Shown here in pieces: positions 38,838-53,208 of a stretch of DNA of 64,000 nt. Source of the DNA: Lingula anatina (taxonomy: Eukaryota; Animalia; Brachiopoda); NCBI GenBank assembly GCA_051362555.1, contig CM120641.1, positions 5,270,001-5,334,000 on the forward strand. Reading direction: 5' to 3'. Position 1 is the stretch's first letter; every line of letters starts with the position of its first letter. Made by a program: the position numbers and the translations under genes. The notes below the pieces were generated by a model, which saw nothing but the letters and a program-made list of their open reading frames with translations, did not search any database and had not been told where the DNA came from.

Positions 38838-39374
38838 TAAATAGTCACTGAAGCGGCAGTGCCGAAAATAGGGCTTTCTTCAGTTTTGACGGAATATTTC
38901 ATAATGATTTTAGAGCAGCATAACCAACACAAGTTTTCAATATAATATAAATTTGTTGAACATTCAGAAACTGTGACCAGCAAAGGTATTCAAGCCTGTA
39001 CTTGAAATTTTGATACTTCCTTTGTAAAAGATTAAAATTTGTTTGACAGTTTTGAATAAATATATTTAAGTAAAATATATATATATACATTTACATGGTG
39101 AAAATAAATATTTACTTTTTAACATGAATAAGGCATAGCTTCTTGAGATGGATAGATATTAAGATAGTAATGATGATGTAGTACAAACCAGATCTGTTAT
39201 AAATGTTAAATGACAACAGTGAGTTTACAAATAACCTTCAGAAATTCCACGTACAACAATAGCAATGTACAGTGCATAAAATACATTTGGCAGTAATTCT
39301 AGTAGGATTTGCTTCATTTCTTGGAATGACTTGAAGAAGAAATCTACAAATTCTTGAAACTTAGGAATTACATG

Positions 39375-39379
<5 letters not shown>

Positions 39380-39430
<51 letters not shown>
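39380..39430. repeat. Poly(A) run (~51 nt)
   Basis: Directly visible homopolymer. Confidence 0.9.
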
Positions 39431-39433
<3 letters not shown>

Positions 39434-40782
39434 AAATAATTGGATTCTAAAAATAAAGAACTTTTCAAAAGTTACCATTAACTGTCAATTAAGTATGCAC
39501 ACAAAGAATAGTATTGATACAAGTACAACAATAGATTCTCTCCCCTCCCTCCCTCCAAAACATGTAATAACTGGTGGCAAAATTGAACCACGGCTGAAAA
39601 AGGGTCTATCAGACAAAATTTTTCTTGGATAATACATTCAAAATAAGTCATAATATTCAATCTAACATTCCTCAGACTAATTCAATCAGATAAGTAGACC
39701 TTAATAAAGGTAAAGTTTTTTTTTTTAGAAGTTATCTCGTATTTCAACAAAAATGCAAAGTACATAATGAATGCACCAAAGAATCATGATTTCTATTATC
39801 AATATATTAAGTTGATATGTGTGAGTCACATAGGATTAAAATCCTTGCATTCTAGTGCATAGTTTTATATTCCAAAAAGAGAACTACTTGACAACCCTTA
39901 TTTCAGTTAAGGTAGGGTTTAGAGGTATGATATTCTTGAAAAATACTATAAAAATTGTTATAAAGAAATGTAATGAAACCTACAAATATCTCTTCTTCCA
40001 TCCATTTTATATCACTGAGAATAATGTCCTGATGTTACATATTTTTTTTCACTTATAATAGCCAAACATAACTTGCAAGTATCTCTACCCGTGCCACAAC
40101 GAAAAAAATCTCCAAATGAGAAATTAAGAAAAAATAAATAAATAATAAAAGTAATAATTTAAAGTAAGTAAATAAAACAATGATAAAAATATTATATACA
40201 GAAAATGATTCTTGTAGCTACTTGCCATTCTAGTCTACTGAAAGCATATGTACAATTGACTGAAACAAACAATAATGCCAGCATAAGCCCATTGTGCTTT
40301 TGACTCTATATTACTTCAAACTAATAAAGGACCAAGTCATTTTGCACTCTAGGTTTAAAAATAAATACAGATAACACAGGCATACCCATGTACAGTTTTG
40401 TACACCTCCAACTCTCCAAAAATTAAAAATAAATGAACATTTATGGTTTTCAATAATTTACACTATTTTTAATATGACACTAAAAATATGACCTGGCAGT
40501 ATGTGTTGAAAACTAAAAAGTTATACTTAATACCTTTATCCACCTTCGTAAAATTATTGAAAGAAATGCTCTGATGATATACTTGTTTCTTTTTTTTTTC
40601 TAATAATACCCAACACCACTGTGCGAATTGTGAATTTCACCCAATGAGAAAAATTTGAATTTAAGTAAAGAAAATAAAACTATTTAGTTTTAAACCATAG
40701 CTAATTTATACAGCTAATCCATTGAAATCATTTATATAACTGACACAAACAATCTGTGACAAACAAATCAACATCCTGGACA

Positions 40783-41408
40783 CTACTGTAGGTCCATATG
40801 AACAGTGTTTGGTAGAAGTATAGAAGACAGTCCTCCAAAGGCCAGAAATCCAGCTACAAGTAACATTGGCACAGCACAGTGGACGTCCACCATTAAACCA
40901 AAAGCCAAATTCCCCAATATGGCGGCTACTCTCATTAGCCCCGTCATCACACCCATGGCTGTGGACCTGGAGTCAGAAATGGCAAACATCTGATTTCTCG
41001 CTAGCACACTTTCTAAACATTTTTTCACATTCATTTGATGTTTTTCAAATTTATTTAATGTTACTTATCAAATACCTGTCCATCAATCAATTTGTGTTTA
41101 TGGTGCGAAGAACCTATTTACAGAAATATCCAAAACCATAACCAAAACAAATTTAACCATCGACCTTGAATATTTCAGGCATTCATAAGCATGAAGAAAA
41201 TATCAGAGATGGATTTAAGAAAACTTTTCTTGTTTAAATACAAAATGTTTACAAAGCTTTTTGATCAAAATTACTTTTAGTTATATAGTTTGGGAGGAGA
41301 CCAGGGCATATTACTAGTGAAACTAGAGGATCAGAGAGGCGATACCGCCTCTGGATATTGTACCACCAGCTGGAGTAAGCGCATTCGTATGGACCCCCCC
41401 CCCCCCCC

Positions 41409-41446
<38 letters not shown>

Positions 41447-44400
41447 ACACCACCACCAGTCTTGTGTTTGACAAGCTCTATAAAATGCAATAAACAAGAG
41501 TTCTCAAAATATGCAACAAGAAAAAAAAAATCGAAAAAACATAACAGTTAAAATGGTCCAATCAAGGAGATGTTCAAATTGACCTGTATTTTCCTAACAC
41601 TGATCACTCCTGTGATTTTCAAGACAATAGGCCTATTGGTTTTCCTTGAAATGCATTATCAGTATTGCATATACTGGTATGCTGACAAAAGAGAAAACCT
41701 AGGGACAACACTGGGCAGATCTCTGCTAGTTTTAAAGATATGAAGGGCAAGAAAATATGCAGAGTTCAGTTTGTGGTAGAAAAGTAGGTCAAAGGTCAAT
41801 TTCAAGGTCACAGCATATGACTTCCTGTATAAGTTCAATAGTAGCTATGGGCATTTCTTTGCCAATGTTGGAGATATGACGGCCAGGTAACATGCAAAGT
41901 GCAGTTCATCATAAATAGTAGGTCAAAGGTCAATTTCAAGGTCACAGTAAGATTGCCAGTATATGACTTCCTATTCAAGTTCAATAGTAACTTTGGACCT
42001 ATCTCTGCCAGTTTTCGAGATATAAGGGATAGAAAATTAGCAAAGTTCAGTTCGTGTTGAAAAGTAGGTCAAAGGTCAATTTCAAGATCACAATAAGAAT
42101 GCCAGTATATGACTTCCTATTCAAGTTTAACAGTAACTATGGGTGTATCTCTGCCAGTTTTGGAGATATAAGGGCTGGGAAATTTGCAAAGTTCAGTTCA
42201 TGGTGAAAAGTAAGTCAAAGGTCAATTTAAAGGTCACAGTTAGATTACTTGTATATAACTTCCTATTCAAGTTCAATAGTAACTATGGGCGTATCTTTGC
42301 CAGTTTTGGAGATATAAAGATCAGAAAACTTCAAAGTGCAGTTCATCATGAAAAGTAGGTCAAAGGTCAATTTCAAGGTCACAGTTAGATTACCAGTATA
42401 TGACTTCCTATTGAAGTTCAATAGTAACTATGGGCATATCTCTGCTAATTTTGGAATATTTAACATTTTCCCCACTGAATATTGCAATGTTGTAATTTTT
42501 GATATAGCGCAATGCCTAAACCATATCGAAAACAAAAAAATGGACATCACCCCCAGTATTGCACTTGACAAGTTCTACAAAATGTGATGAACAAAAGGTC
42601 TCTGGCATTTACCATTCCAGAATAAAAGCAAGTTTTCAGTTTCGGTATCTAATGGCTGCTTCTCCCGTGAAATTGCACTGATTGACCCATAACTCCCAAA
42701 GATGAAAGGAGTCCCCAATTGTAACCTCTCACTATAACAGGAGAGCTTAGATCTGTGTAGTTTCCAAAAAATAGCACAAACAAATATTTTTTGGCAGAAA
42801 ATTCCCATTTTTAGAAAATTTTGGCTTGTTTGACCTTGAAAAAAAGGTCAAAAGTCAAATTCAATGGCATATTTGGAATCTCCACATATGCCTTTCGGTC
42901 AGACTTCTGTAGTAATTTTTCCCATAATTCCTTTGGATTGGGAGATATTTAGCCTTGAATTTTCAAAAATTTTGACAAGGGTGCGTTTCAACAAGTGTCA
43001 AGCCCAGGCCAATGCACCGACAGAGACAAAAAAACCAGGGTGTTCAAGTTGAGATTATATGTGACCTAAATCCAAGAGATGGGGACACAGGTCCTGGCGG
43101 TCTAGGAGGAGAAGCGGTAACGGTGACTTGTTTCCGGAGCCCGACTGCGGAGTCGCAGGAGCCGGCGGAGCTTTAGAGACGGGTCGGGACTAAAACCATG
43201 AGTACCGCCAGCGTATACGCTGGTGGTACTAATAATTGAAATAATACATCACATTTTATCTATTTTAAACTGACAATATCTGCTCACAACCTTGAAATAC
43301 TGATTTATTCAAACAACAGAATACTATAAAATGCCTAATTTTGCTTAATATTTACCTCAAATGTGTTGGAAAGAGTTCTACACTCAATACATCTAGTGCA
43401 TTCCATCCTATAGTAGATATTCCACCAAAGATACAGGACATGATCAAACTCTCCGTCTTGTTCTTTACAAACCAGATGAAGAAAACACTGATGCCTGATA
43501 TAACCATGCTAGAAGCTGAAATACACAAAAATACTTTTCAACAGGATGCAGTTGACATTCAAAATAAAATATAAGATAATAATGATTTTATAAAGTAATT
43601 TGTTAAAAGTAAAATAAAAAGAATAGATATATTCCAACAGCATAAACAAATAAAGTTATTATGTGCCATTTCCCTTAGATGTCATTCCAAAACCAAATAC
43701 AAAAAACTTGTTATGTTACACAATTTAGGTATTACTTACACAACAAGAATTTTCTTCCAACTCTGTCCATTAAAAGAATACTAAGCAAATTCCCAGGAAG
43801 ATTTGACAAAGCCGTCATGAACCCATCAAAGAAGATCCCAGTGCTTGAACCTTTCTCGTGGGTGGAGTGGTTTGTACCATTTGGCTGTACTCCTATATTT
43901 TCACATGCTGACCCTCCATGAAGTTCTATTCTTTTAAACAATTCTGGAAACCACATCCAGAGACCATAGTAGCTGAAAACATAAAACAATTAAAACCATA
44001 AGTCATACAATCATTTGTGACTACACGGACTCGCCTGCTCATAAAATATTTAATTAAAAACGATTATTTAATCCTGTTCATCAGTTTTTAGAAATATATT
44101 CTAGCAGGTTTTACTCGATAATTTCGATCATTTTGAAATGTTGAAGTGCTTACAAAAGGACGTGAAATTACAAAGAACAATACCAGACTCACCCAAAGGC
44201 TAACGTGAAACTGATCATTGCCACAATTAAAGTGATTCTCTTTTGTCCAGGTTGGAACAACTGTGCTGTGTGTTCTAACACCTGCAACATGTTTGATTTT
44301 TAACAAAAATTGATGTTGATATTTTTCAAAAAGATAGATGCATAACACAGATTGAAAAAATAAGTTGTAATCCTTTTTAAAATCAGTAATCAGCTCACTT

Positions 44401-47400
44401 TCTAAAAAAAATTAAAAACATTAAAAATGAAAAGAAATTTCTAAATGAATTTATGGACAAGAATGTATCAATGGCAATCACTACATTTCATTACATATTC
44501 ACTGTTCAATTCATTTCAATATATGTGGCAATTACTAGTTATCATATGCCAAGAATTATCTATGATAAGCACCACAATGGTAAGTTTGGCAATTACTCTG
44601 AGATAAAAATATGACTGTCTTTCATTCCAAAAATATATTTTACCTTAACAGCACTAGCTCTAAATTTACCACATGGTTTATTTCTGACATCTATTATTTG
44701 TACATCTGAATCTGATTGATGTCTTGAAACGTCTCTTAATTTTCTTATCTGAAAAATAAAAGCAGCTTTGTAGACAAACACACACTAAAATCTTAAAAAG
44801 GTCTTGGTGGCCCCTTTTACAGTGAACGAGATGATGTTCCTTTTATTCCTTTTGATATTCCTTATTTCTTTTGTTACAGCCCAGTATTATTTACAGCTTT
44901 CATTTCAACACTTAGACAGTTGGTACCCACAAAATCCTTTCCATCCAAAGTTGATATGATGAATCCAACAAAAAGGCTGGAAAAGTGGAATTCACACTTA
45001 CCCTGAAGTCTGTAGGGATTGTTTTTCTATTATTTGAACAGTACATCCTTTGAAAAACCAGTAAAGCCTCCCGCTCCTTTCCCACCTGATATAAGAATAC
45101 TGATAATATACGTGCAACCATGATGTACTTCAAGGCACATCTCCGTTATTTTTATCTATCAAATGTTATACCATCTGACACAAAACACCGTTTCACTTTT
45201 AAGTGTTTGAATATCAAATAACAGAATCTAACACTACATATAACTCACACACAAGAATATACAGTAACATACACATGCACATATATATTCATGTGCATCC
45301 TGAGAAATACTTACTTTGGAAATTAAGTTACTTTTAATGAAAGCATGACTTGTAAGATATACCTGCATAAGAAACTTGGGGCTCTCTGGCATGAGAATGT
45401 ACATCAAGGCAGATGAAAAACTAGGTAGTGTACATAACACCACAAACACTCTCCAGCTGTCAAAGATAAAACTGGGTGAGAAGTACCCAAACTTGTGCGG
45501 TATCACAGCCCAGGCTAAACCTACAGAGACAAACATCAGATCAAGTGAAGCAAGAGACAAACAGATTTTATTAATTTAGAAGAAAGAATTTCATCCACAG
45601 AGGTGTGGTACGCTGTTTAATTTAATATAACTTAATGCTTAACTTTCTGAATACATTTAATACGAGATGAGACCTGGGAGGGGGGTCTGCTAGACAATAG
45701 GAAACATGGCTTACTTGAGAATAATAATTTTTTTTTTTCGTTTACAGACACAGCATGGGTTTGTATACATACATACATTCTGAACACTGTTGTCATGTTA
45801 CACATATCTTGTTCATTCTTTAACTGCCAAACATTACCTTTGTTAAAGTTTAAATTTACTGAGTATGGTTGTTTGGTAAAAAGATAGGTTGGCTTTTTGT
45901 ATAGTGTACGTATATTTGTTGTCTAGCCTTTACTTACATATTAAGCTTAGATTTTAACTGCCTTAGCCTACCTGCAGCAAAAATATTGCCAGCCATCCAG
46001 AAAGTGGCCAGCACACTAATCATTGTGCCACGCTTATCCTTTGGTTGAAACTCCACAAAATAGGAAAATATCACAGCTATACTGCCACCAACCCTAAAAA
46101 GTAACAACTTGTATGTTATTATTTTCAGATTAAGTATTTAACTATAATATAAGTATCTTGCACGCTCAGCATATTGCCTTGGTCTTGAACAAAACATGCA
46201 GATAGAATTTGTATGTTAGTGATACTATAAAGTCTGAGCCCAGGGGCCTGTTGATTAAAAAATGTTGATCTTAGCAAAGACTGCTATGGAACTTGGTTTA
46301 CTAAGTTGTATTTAATAAAGAATCTTTCTCATTATTATAAATTTGTACAGCTTAACAAAGCCTGCTATAGATCTTTGTTTATTAACTTGCATTTCACTAA
46401 GAATCTTTTACAGTCTTCTATATTTGTACAGCCCGTTAAAGCATGTCAACCACATTAACTGTGTGGGATATCATAGGTTTATCAAGTTTAATCAATCAAT
46501 GTGTTTTGACAATTTTTGCTCATTCCAGTCCTCACAAGGTTTTTCTTTTGTGCTTTGCTCTAGATTCTCTTAAGAAACTCATTTTACAATTTGTAAAACC
46601 AGTTTAATGAAAATATTTTAATATGATTTTCAATGAACATAACCTAGGATCCAAGATAGATCCAAAATGTAACTTACCCAATACCACTGATGAACCTGAA
46701 CAGAAGAAAAACTCCAAATCGTTGTGCAAAACTTGATAAGAGGCCACCCAGTCCATTGACAGTAAGAGACCACAGCAGGATAGACCTTCTTCCATAACTA
46801 TCAGCTAAAGAGCCCCAGAAGTAGCCTCCCAACAGCATACCTTGGTGATAAGAACATTGATGTATAAATCATCAAATTAATTTAGAATTGAAATGTTGTT
46901 TACTTTACATAAACACATAAAGATAATACTAAGAAACATCATTTGATCATGCAAAACAACAGATTCTTTGAACTTTTTTACTTCTTGCACGTGAAATTTT
47001 CATGTAAGACAAGGATATCAATGTCCATATCTAGCTACTTATTTATGATTATACACCGACTAAGGCCATTCAGCACAAGTAGTTTTAATATCACAGACTT
47101 TATATTCATGAAAATAGACTTGACATAAATCCCAATTTTGAGCTAGAAATAATGTTTCAAAATCACTTTCACCATTGCATTTCTAAAAAAAAGGCGGACA
47201 AAAAATAAATAAATAAATAAATGAAAATAAATAAATAAATAAACATAAGATAATAAGTATACAATTCTCATGGTGATCCAGAGTCCTAAAAGCTATAACA
47301 AATGCTGACAAATGCAGTCACTGGGTCTTTTTTCTGTTTTAGTTTCTGCAAATGGCAGGCCTTAAGTGTTCAATACTTTCCTGCGGGTGATGTTAACAAA

Positions 47401-50400
47401 AGATATGATACTAACAACAATTCATGGTGGCATAAACAAAGCTTACTAGTTATTTATGTGACTGGCAACAATTTATATGCTTTAAAGTTGCTAGATGTGT
47501 AGTCATTACAGTGTAGAAATCTAAGTTCATTCAAAGAAGCTCATAGTGGTGAAAGATGAAATTGAATTTCACTTGTCTTGAGAAAAACTAAGAAATTTCT
47601 TTAGAAATTTATTTCAGATGCACAACTTCCCTGAATAAATGGAAAGGGTGGAGGTGACAATTCAATACATTATTTCAAGCACTGATAACAAATGCAACCC
47701 GATTCCATTTTAAAGAATAATTTTTCAAACTGGTTTATCACCTATGTCCAAGGAAGGCCAAATGCAGTAATATCTGATGGAAGGTTTATCTATACCATCC
47801 ACAGACTAAAGTTTAACTGATACTTAATAATAATGCTCATAATGCGAAAGTTCAGCACAGAACAATATGCTGTAGAATACTGCAAAGTCATGCTTAAGAA
47901 GTGTTGTCTGAGTTGGGTCAATTCATAAGTCAACAAACACACATAAGTTCTATATCTATGTTTACTCACACAAAACGTTGTGATTAGAGTATGATGCTGG
48001 GACAATAGCTTTGAATCTGTTGAAAAGTAAAGTAATGGATTGTAAAAATAATTTAGTTTTCAGGAAAATAAAACTAATGCCAAGTCAACATCATATTTCA
48101 AGGGCACCAAATTACTAAAATTACTATAAAAAGCATTTTTTTAAAGTGTCTATATGACATTTAGCTAATGTTTGGATTCATACGGTCTTTACCAAAAAAA
48201 CATATATCATATTTCTTGTGAAAATGGCTCTGATGCAAGGTTTTATCAAAGTCTGAGGATTACATCTTCTAATTAAATCTAATGAAACTATTTGTATGAG
48301 TGAACTTTGATTTTTAATTCACTGATAACTGAAAATCATTCTATTATGATAAAAATAATCAAAACTTTAAAAAGCTTACCAACAAATATAATAGCTGTTA
48401 GCCATCCTTTGTCATTTGTTGACAGATTGAGGTCTATCTCAGCAGATGGGAGGACAAAAGAGATACACAGAACTTCAATGGCATCACTGGAGACAGCCCA
48501 GCCACACAGTAGTAGTAAGTAGATGTGGAAGCATCCATAACCTATCAATCAAATATGATATATACTTTGGTAATTGTCGTTTACATGAATAAAAGATGCA
48601 TAAAATGCCAATTTTGTTATACTATAGATGGGCAGATAGCCTGACGTCCAACCAATCAACATAAAATCAAATATATATAATTCTTACCTGTCTCATGGAG
48701 TGCTTCTTCAAAAGTGTAAGATAAATCTGCTGGTTGATCACCTGAAATTTCAGTTGAAAGATTTATCAGTCACCATGAATAGCAGATCATAACAGCATAG
48801 TAATATACATTTCAAGCAATCCCACTAACTTTGTTATGCTGAGGACCATAGCAGCAATGTCTCCAATATCCAGAAGCTCAGGGTGTTATCTATCAGTGTA
48901 AAAGTACTCTAATTAGAAAATTTGCACCTGACTCAGCATAGCAACATGCATATATTTCTATTAAATTTGCTGTGTTCCTAATTAAATTACTTACAATTGC
49001 TAAATGTTTCATACATCTGCTGCTGCTGTAATCTTTGCTTCATTACATGTGCAGTGAAAATATTCCCATACAAAATGGAACTGTTGATCAAGGGTAAACA
49101 TATTAAACCGAAGGTAACCAATGAAAGTGAATGAGGGTCCACAGACTAAAAACCAATGTTGAAAGTTCACAAATTTCCACAGACCATGAATGTGAACTCT
49201 AATTAATAGATGTCCATGCACTAAATGTGATGTAATTCCAAATACATGTAATTTAAAACTGGTGCCCTATAATGGAAGCCATATATATTAAATAAATATG
49301 TACAAAGCAGCCATGGCATCAGTATATACTGCTGGTATGACTGTTTTATATATTGTTCGGCAGAGAAAGTGCACTGCAATTTTCCTTGTAAAATATGCAG
49401 GAATATAAGGGATACTGGTATATTACATGGTTTTTGTGCTAACCAGTATGGATCACAGAGGATAATAGGCGCTAGTTGTTCGTTTACACACAACTGTCCC
49501 AGTTCTACATTAGTATATGCTTTGGAAGATGAATTGTATCAATTTGTGTTTGTCATATTGCACACATCTGTGAGCCAAAATTCTATCACATTGCCTACTT
49601 TACATACACATCTCAGTGACATTACTCTGATTGGGGAAATCTTTGTATCAAAAATTTAACTATGTGTTAATAATGCCCTACTTCGTACTTATTATGTTAC
49701 AAATTTCAGGTTTCTATGGCATTATAAAGAAGATGAAAATTGAGTGGCTCAACTTTTGACCCATTTTTTAAACTGGTGGCTGAAATAGTGGCATATATTG
49801 TAAAACAAAAAAATCAGTAACTTTTGACCTGAAAGAGATAGCTTTTAAAAATTACTAGTAATGGTTTATTCATACTCATATGTAGATATCTCTGTGTGTC
49901 TGCTTAATTAGAAAAAGTGTGCGGTCCCTATAAACAGTGTACAGGGAAGTTACATATACATTTTAGTATGCATATCAATAAATATGTGAAGATAAAAATC
50001 TGGCACTTTTGCAGTACCCCCCCCCCCCCCCCACCACCGCCATTTAACTCTTTGATATTCAACATCTTTTCTAAACTAATTTGTGACTTTGAAAAATGTC
50101 TTGGCTACTCAAATAAATCTGTATGGCAATTCATTTATTAATTTTAAGATGTTGTTTATAAAACATATATGCCTTTCAAAAATGAGAATGTAATCGCTGG
50201 TCAACCAAAATCAGGGAAATACTATCTAGATATATTGGGACTATATACATATCAGTCACAGGGAGCATGCATATCAACAAGTGACTTTATTGGCATCAAT
50301 ATAATAAGGTCATGCGAGGGGCCCACATGTAAATAAATGAGTTCGATTAAAATCTGGTGAAGATAACGTTATATTATTCTAAAACCGGAAGTAAATTATA

Positions 50401-50467
50401 TACCATTTGTTTCTTGATACCAATCATTTTCCAGGAGGCCATCGCTTTCGTCTTTCCGCAAGTCCAT
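40783..50467 (-). CDS. Synaptic vesicle glycoprotein 2 (SV2)-like MFS transporter
   Basis: Exons 50467-50404, 48741-48688, 48541-48380, 46840-46678, 46093-45972, 45520-45363, 45085-45002, 44748-44644, 44281-44193, 43972-43740, 43515-43356, 40966-40783. Motifs: FEEALHETGYGCFH, WGSLADSYGRR, YFVEFQPKDKRG, SWRVFVVLC..MPESPKFL, FGYYGLWMWFPE, MDRVGRK, ELFPTHLRSTAMG. Confidence 0.9.
41322..43233 (+). mobile_element. Non-autonomous Helentron-associated (HINE/DINE-like) element in the last SV2 intron
   Basis: Starts ACTAGAG with a small hairpin agaggcg/cgcctct. 11-bp subTIRs are GTACCACCAGC (41360-41370) and GCTGGTGGTAC (43219-43229). Terminal palindrome AGTACCGCCAGCGTATACGCTGGTGGTACT (43201-43230), with a central tandem array. 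Confidence 0.75.
41700..42460 (+). repeat. Tandem array of ~5 units of ~145 bp
   Basis: aaagtaggtcaaaggtcaatttcaaggtcacag...tatgacttcctattcaagttcaatagtaactatggg recurs at ~41786, 41920, 42066, 42211 and 42357. Confidence 0.9.
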
Positions 50468-50759
50468 CTTTATACATATTTTGTTTTCAAACACATATCA
50501 AAGATGAACCCTTATATCACCCTCTTCTGAGTGAAATGGCCTTTGTTACTCTCCAAACCTAAACATTAAAATCTCATTCATAGCATATGAAATTGAATGG
50601 CTGATTCCAAAGATTTTATTCAGCAGGAGATTTCGAATCACTGCTAAATATATCCTGCTTATATCAATTTCGTAATTTCGTACAATAACCTTTCTTTCAA
50701 AATGATTAGATGAGATTATTACGCATATCAGCTTGACCTTGACCTATTAACCAAATGCG
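50468..50759. promoter_or_regulatory. Short bidirectional promoter between the SV2-like gene and NATD1
   Basis: Divergent ATGs at 50467 (-) and 50760 (+) are only ~290 nt apart. TGACCTTGACCT half-site repeat at 50734-50745. Confidence 0.6.
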
Positions 50760-51667
50760 ATGAATAGCATACGGCCGCTTTTCTTAGCAAAAAATGCCCG
50801 TCTTTTGATACAGGCAAACAACATTCAGCGAGTTGCTATGAGTAATTCGATATCTCAGGCTGAAGCTAATGCAGCGACGATGCCTTATGTCGTCGGTCAT
50901 GACAAGGCAAAGAAAGAATTCTACATCAAAATACGTTCGGAAGGTAAAATGTGCACTTTGAACTTGAAGTTGACCACTGGCGCTGGGCACTGGCTAGTAC
51001 ACTGTAGATCTACATTTTGAGTTTCAAGGGTAATTTTTGGCTCGGTTTGACCAACGTAATGGGAGAGTAATATCAGCTTTGCTTTCATTGTCCCTAATCT
51101 CAATATTAAACCATAAAACCAGTTTTTGCTTTTTTAAACACATTTAAACTCTTTCATTGACTTTTTTTGGTTTTACATGTATAAATTAATTGTGGAATAA
51201 ACTATGAATTAAAATGTAATGTTACTTAAGATTCATTAGTTTATCCTTCTTGCAGATGGTGCAAACAGTGAGAATAAAGCATTATTGCAGTATGACATCA
51301 TAAGAGATGGATTCTATGATTTATATCACACAGAAGTTCCACCGGTCTTTAGAGGAAAAGGAATAGCTAAACTTTTAGCAAAGGTATTTTCCACTTTTTT
51401 CTTTTCATTTTGTGAATAATATGAAATCAAATATTGTGAGATTATATAAGGGTATCACTTGTCACTGAATATGGTGGCAAAATTTTTACCACAAAATCTC
51501 TGAAAAAAACAAAAAAGTAATTGTTTGAATATTTGTTTCAGGCTGCCTTTGATTTTGTAGTGGAACAAGATGCAAAAATGAGACTGAGCTGTACTTACTT
51601 ACAGAAATATCTTGAAGACAACAAACTTCCACAGTATTACTCAAGAAATGTTCCAGTTGGGAAATAG
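50760..51667 (+). CDS. NATD1: NATD1 (GNAT-like acetyltransferase domain protein, ~145 aa)
   Basis: Exons 50760-50943, 51256-51383 and 51542-51667. Motifs [57 protein letters not shown]. Confidence 0.9.
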
Positions 51668-52972
51668 CATTTTCAGAAAGACGTGGCCCGCAAACTGACA
51701 ATAATTTATTTGCATAGGGCATCGAAGTCTTGTTTGCATGTGGGCAATAATACCACTAATGTTGGAAGTTATTGTGGAATGCACCCACCTCCAGGGACAG
51801 CACAGTTATGCACGGCATCAGTTCGCTCAAGTGATTGTCAAAACCTGCCCACTCAGTCTTTCCCATTTGCCCTGTTTGAGATTATCTACAGGGAACCGAA
51901 AAAAAAAAGATTGAACAGCTTTTCCTGCTACTTTGGTGACTACCCCCCCCCCCCCTAAAAAAAAGCAGAAAACCATATTGACAGCTGTTTGTTTGACCAT
52001 CAGAACGTTGCGCAATATCTTACATGTCCCAGGAAGTGATGAAATCTTGCAAAATCCTGTCCACTTCTAATCTCACTTTTGTGCCCTATTAGCTCTCACT
52101 GAACAGTTTGTAAGAAAAGGGCATACTAGGAGCATTATATATTTACATTTTATATTGTGTATATATCAAAGATTATTTTTGTAAGACAAAAATTAAAAAT
52201 ATTTTTACTGCAGAGGGCATTATAAGGAACTGTTTTATGACTGAAATATCTTAATTTTGCCACCCTTCCAATAGTTTTTAGTGCTCTTGTAAAGTGAAGA
52301 AGATGCAGTACATTTAATAAGTTGTGGCATACCTTAGTGATAGCAATTTTTGTTGCAATACTGATTTTTATTGTGGTTATTAGTCAGTCTATCAGTTAGA
52401 ACTAATTCATTACAAGTATTTTAATGGATAATTACATGTTAAGAAACTATTTATGAAGACACACATAAATTTAGTCTTTTAGCATGGAGCAATACTAACT
52501 GTTGTCCTAATGTAGATATGGTGCTTAACACATTTGTGCAGTAGCAACAAGAATATAATTGTATGTCTTCCATGCGTGCACTGAAACTGTCTAAATAGTA
52601 CATGTTGCATGTGTTTGTTCAGTTGATACTTGACATTTCTTATAATTTTATTCCTTATAAAATAAGAATGAAACACTGATTTATATTTGAAATAATTTAT
52701 CTGAAATAAATACTAACAGATATCGGATGCAGTCTTTTCAATTTCAAACTAATTTTGAGTCTTGACAGTTTCACTCTGAACATTTCTTTATGTTGATAAT
52801 CCCAACCAATTACGGCAAACAATTCATGTTATATCCTTTAGATGACACATTAACAAAAAACATCCCAAAAAGACTTGGGTAATGTAAAACTATGAATCCT
52901 CCACTGTAAAAGTAATCTATATACAACTACTGAGAGGACTGAAAATCCAGCAAAGGCAATCTTAAGCAAATG

Positions 52973-53175
52973 TCAAATGGCATGAACCATTTTAAGTTTT
53001 TCAGGTTCGCCATAAAACAAAGGTTCAGATTTTTCAGATTGCAAGTAGCCATTGTAAAACTCGGATGCTGGCAAAGTTTTCCTGTAAATAACAGTCTTGA
53101 ATCCTACCCATCCGTCCTGAAATACAGAAAAGTAACATTTAAGTAGAGTGAAAATCAAATACCACTCACAAATTG

Positions 53176-53208
<33 letters not shown>

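Noticed and set aside
39354-39632. Poly-Lys ORF (also the ORFs at 41249-41497)
   Set aside because: Artefacts of poly(A)/poly(C) homopolymers.
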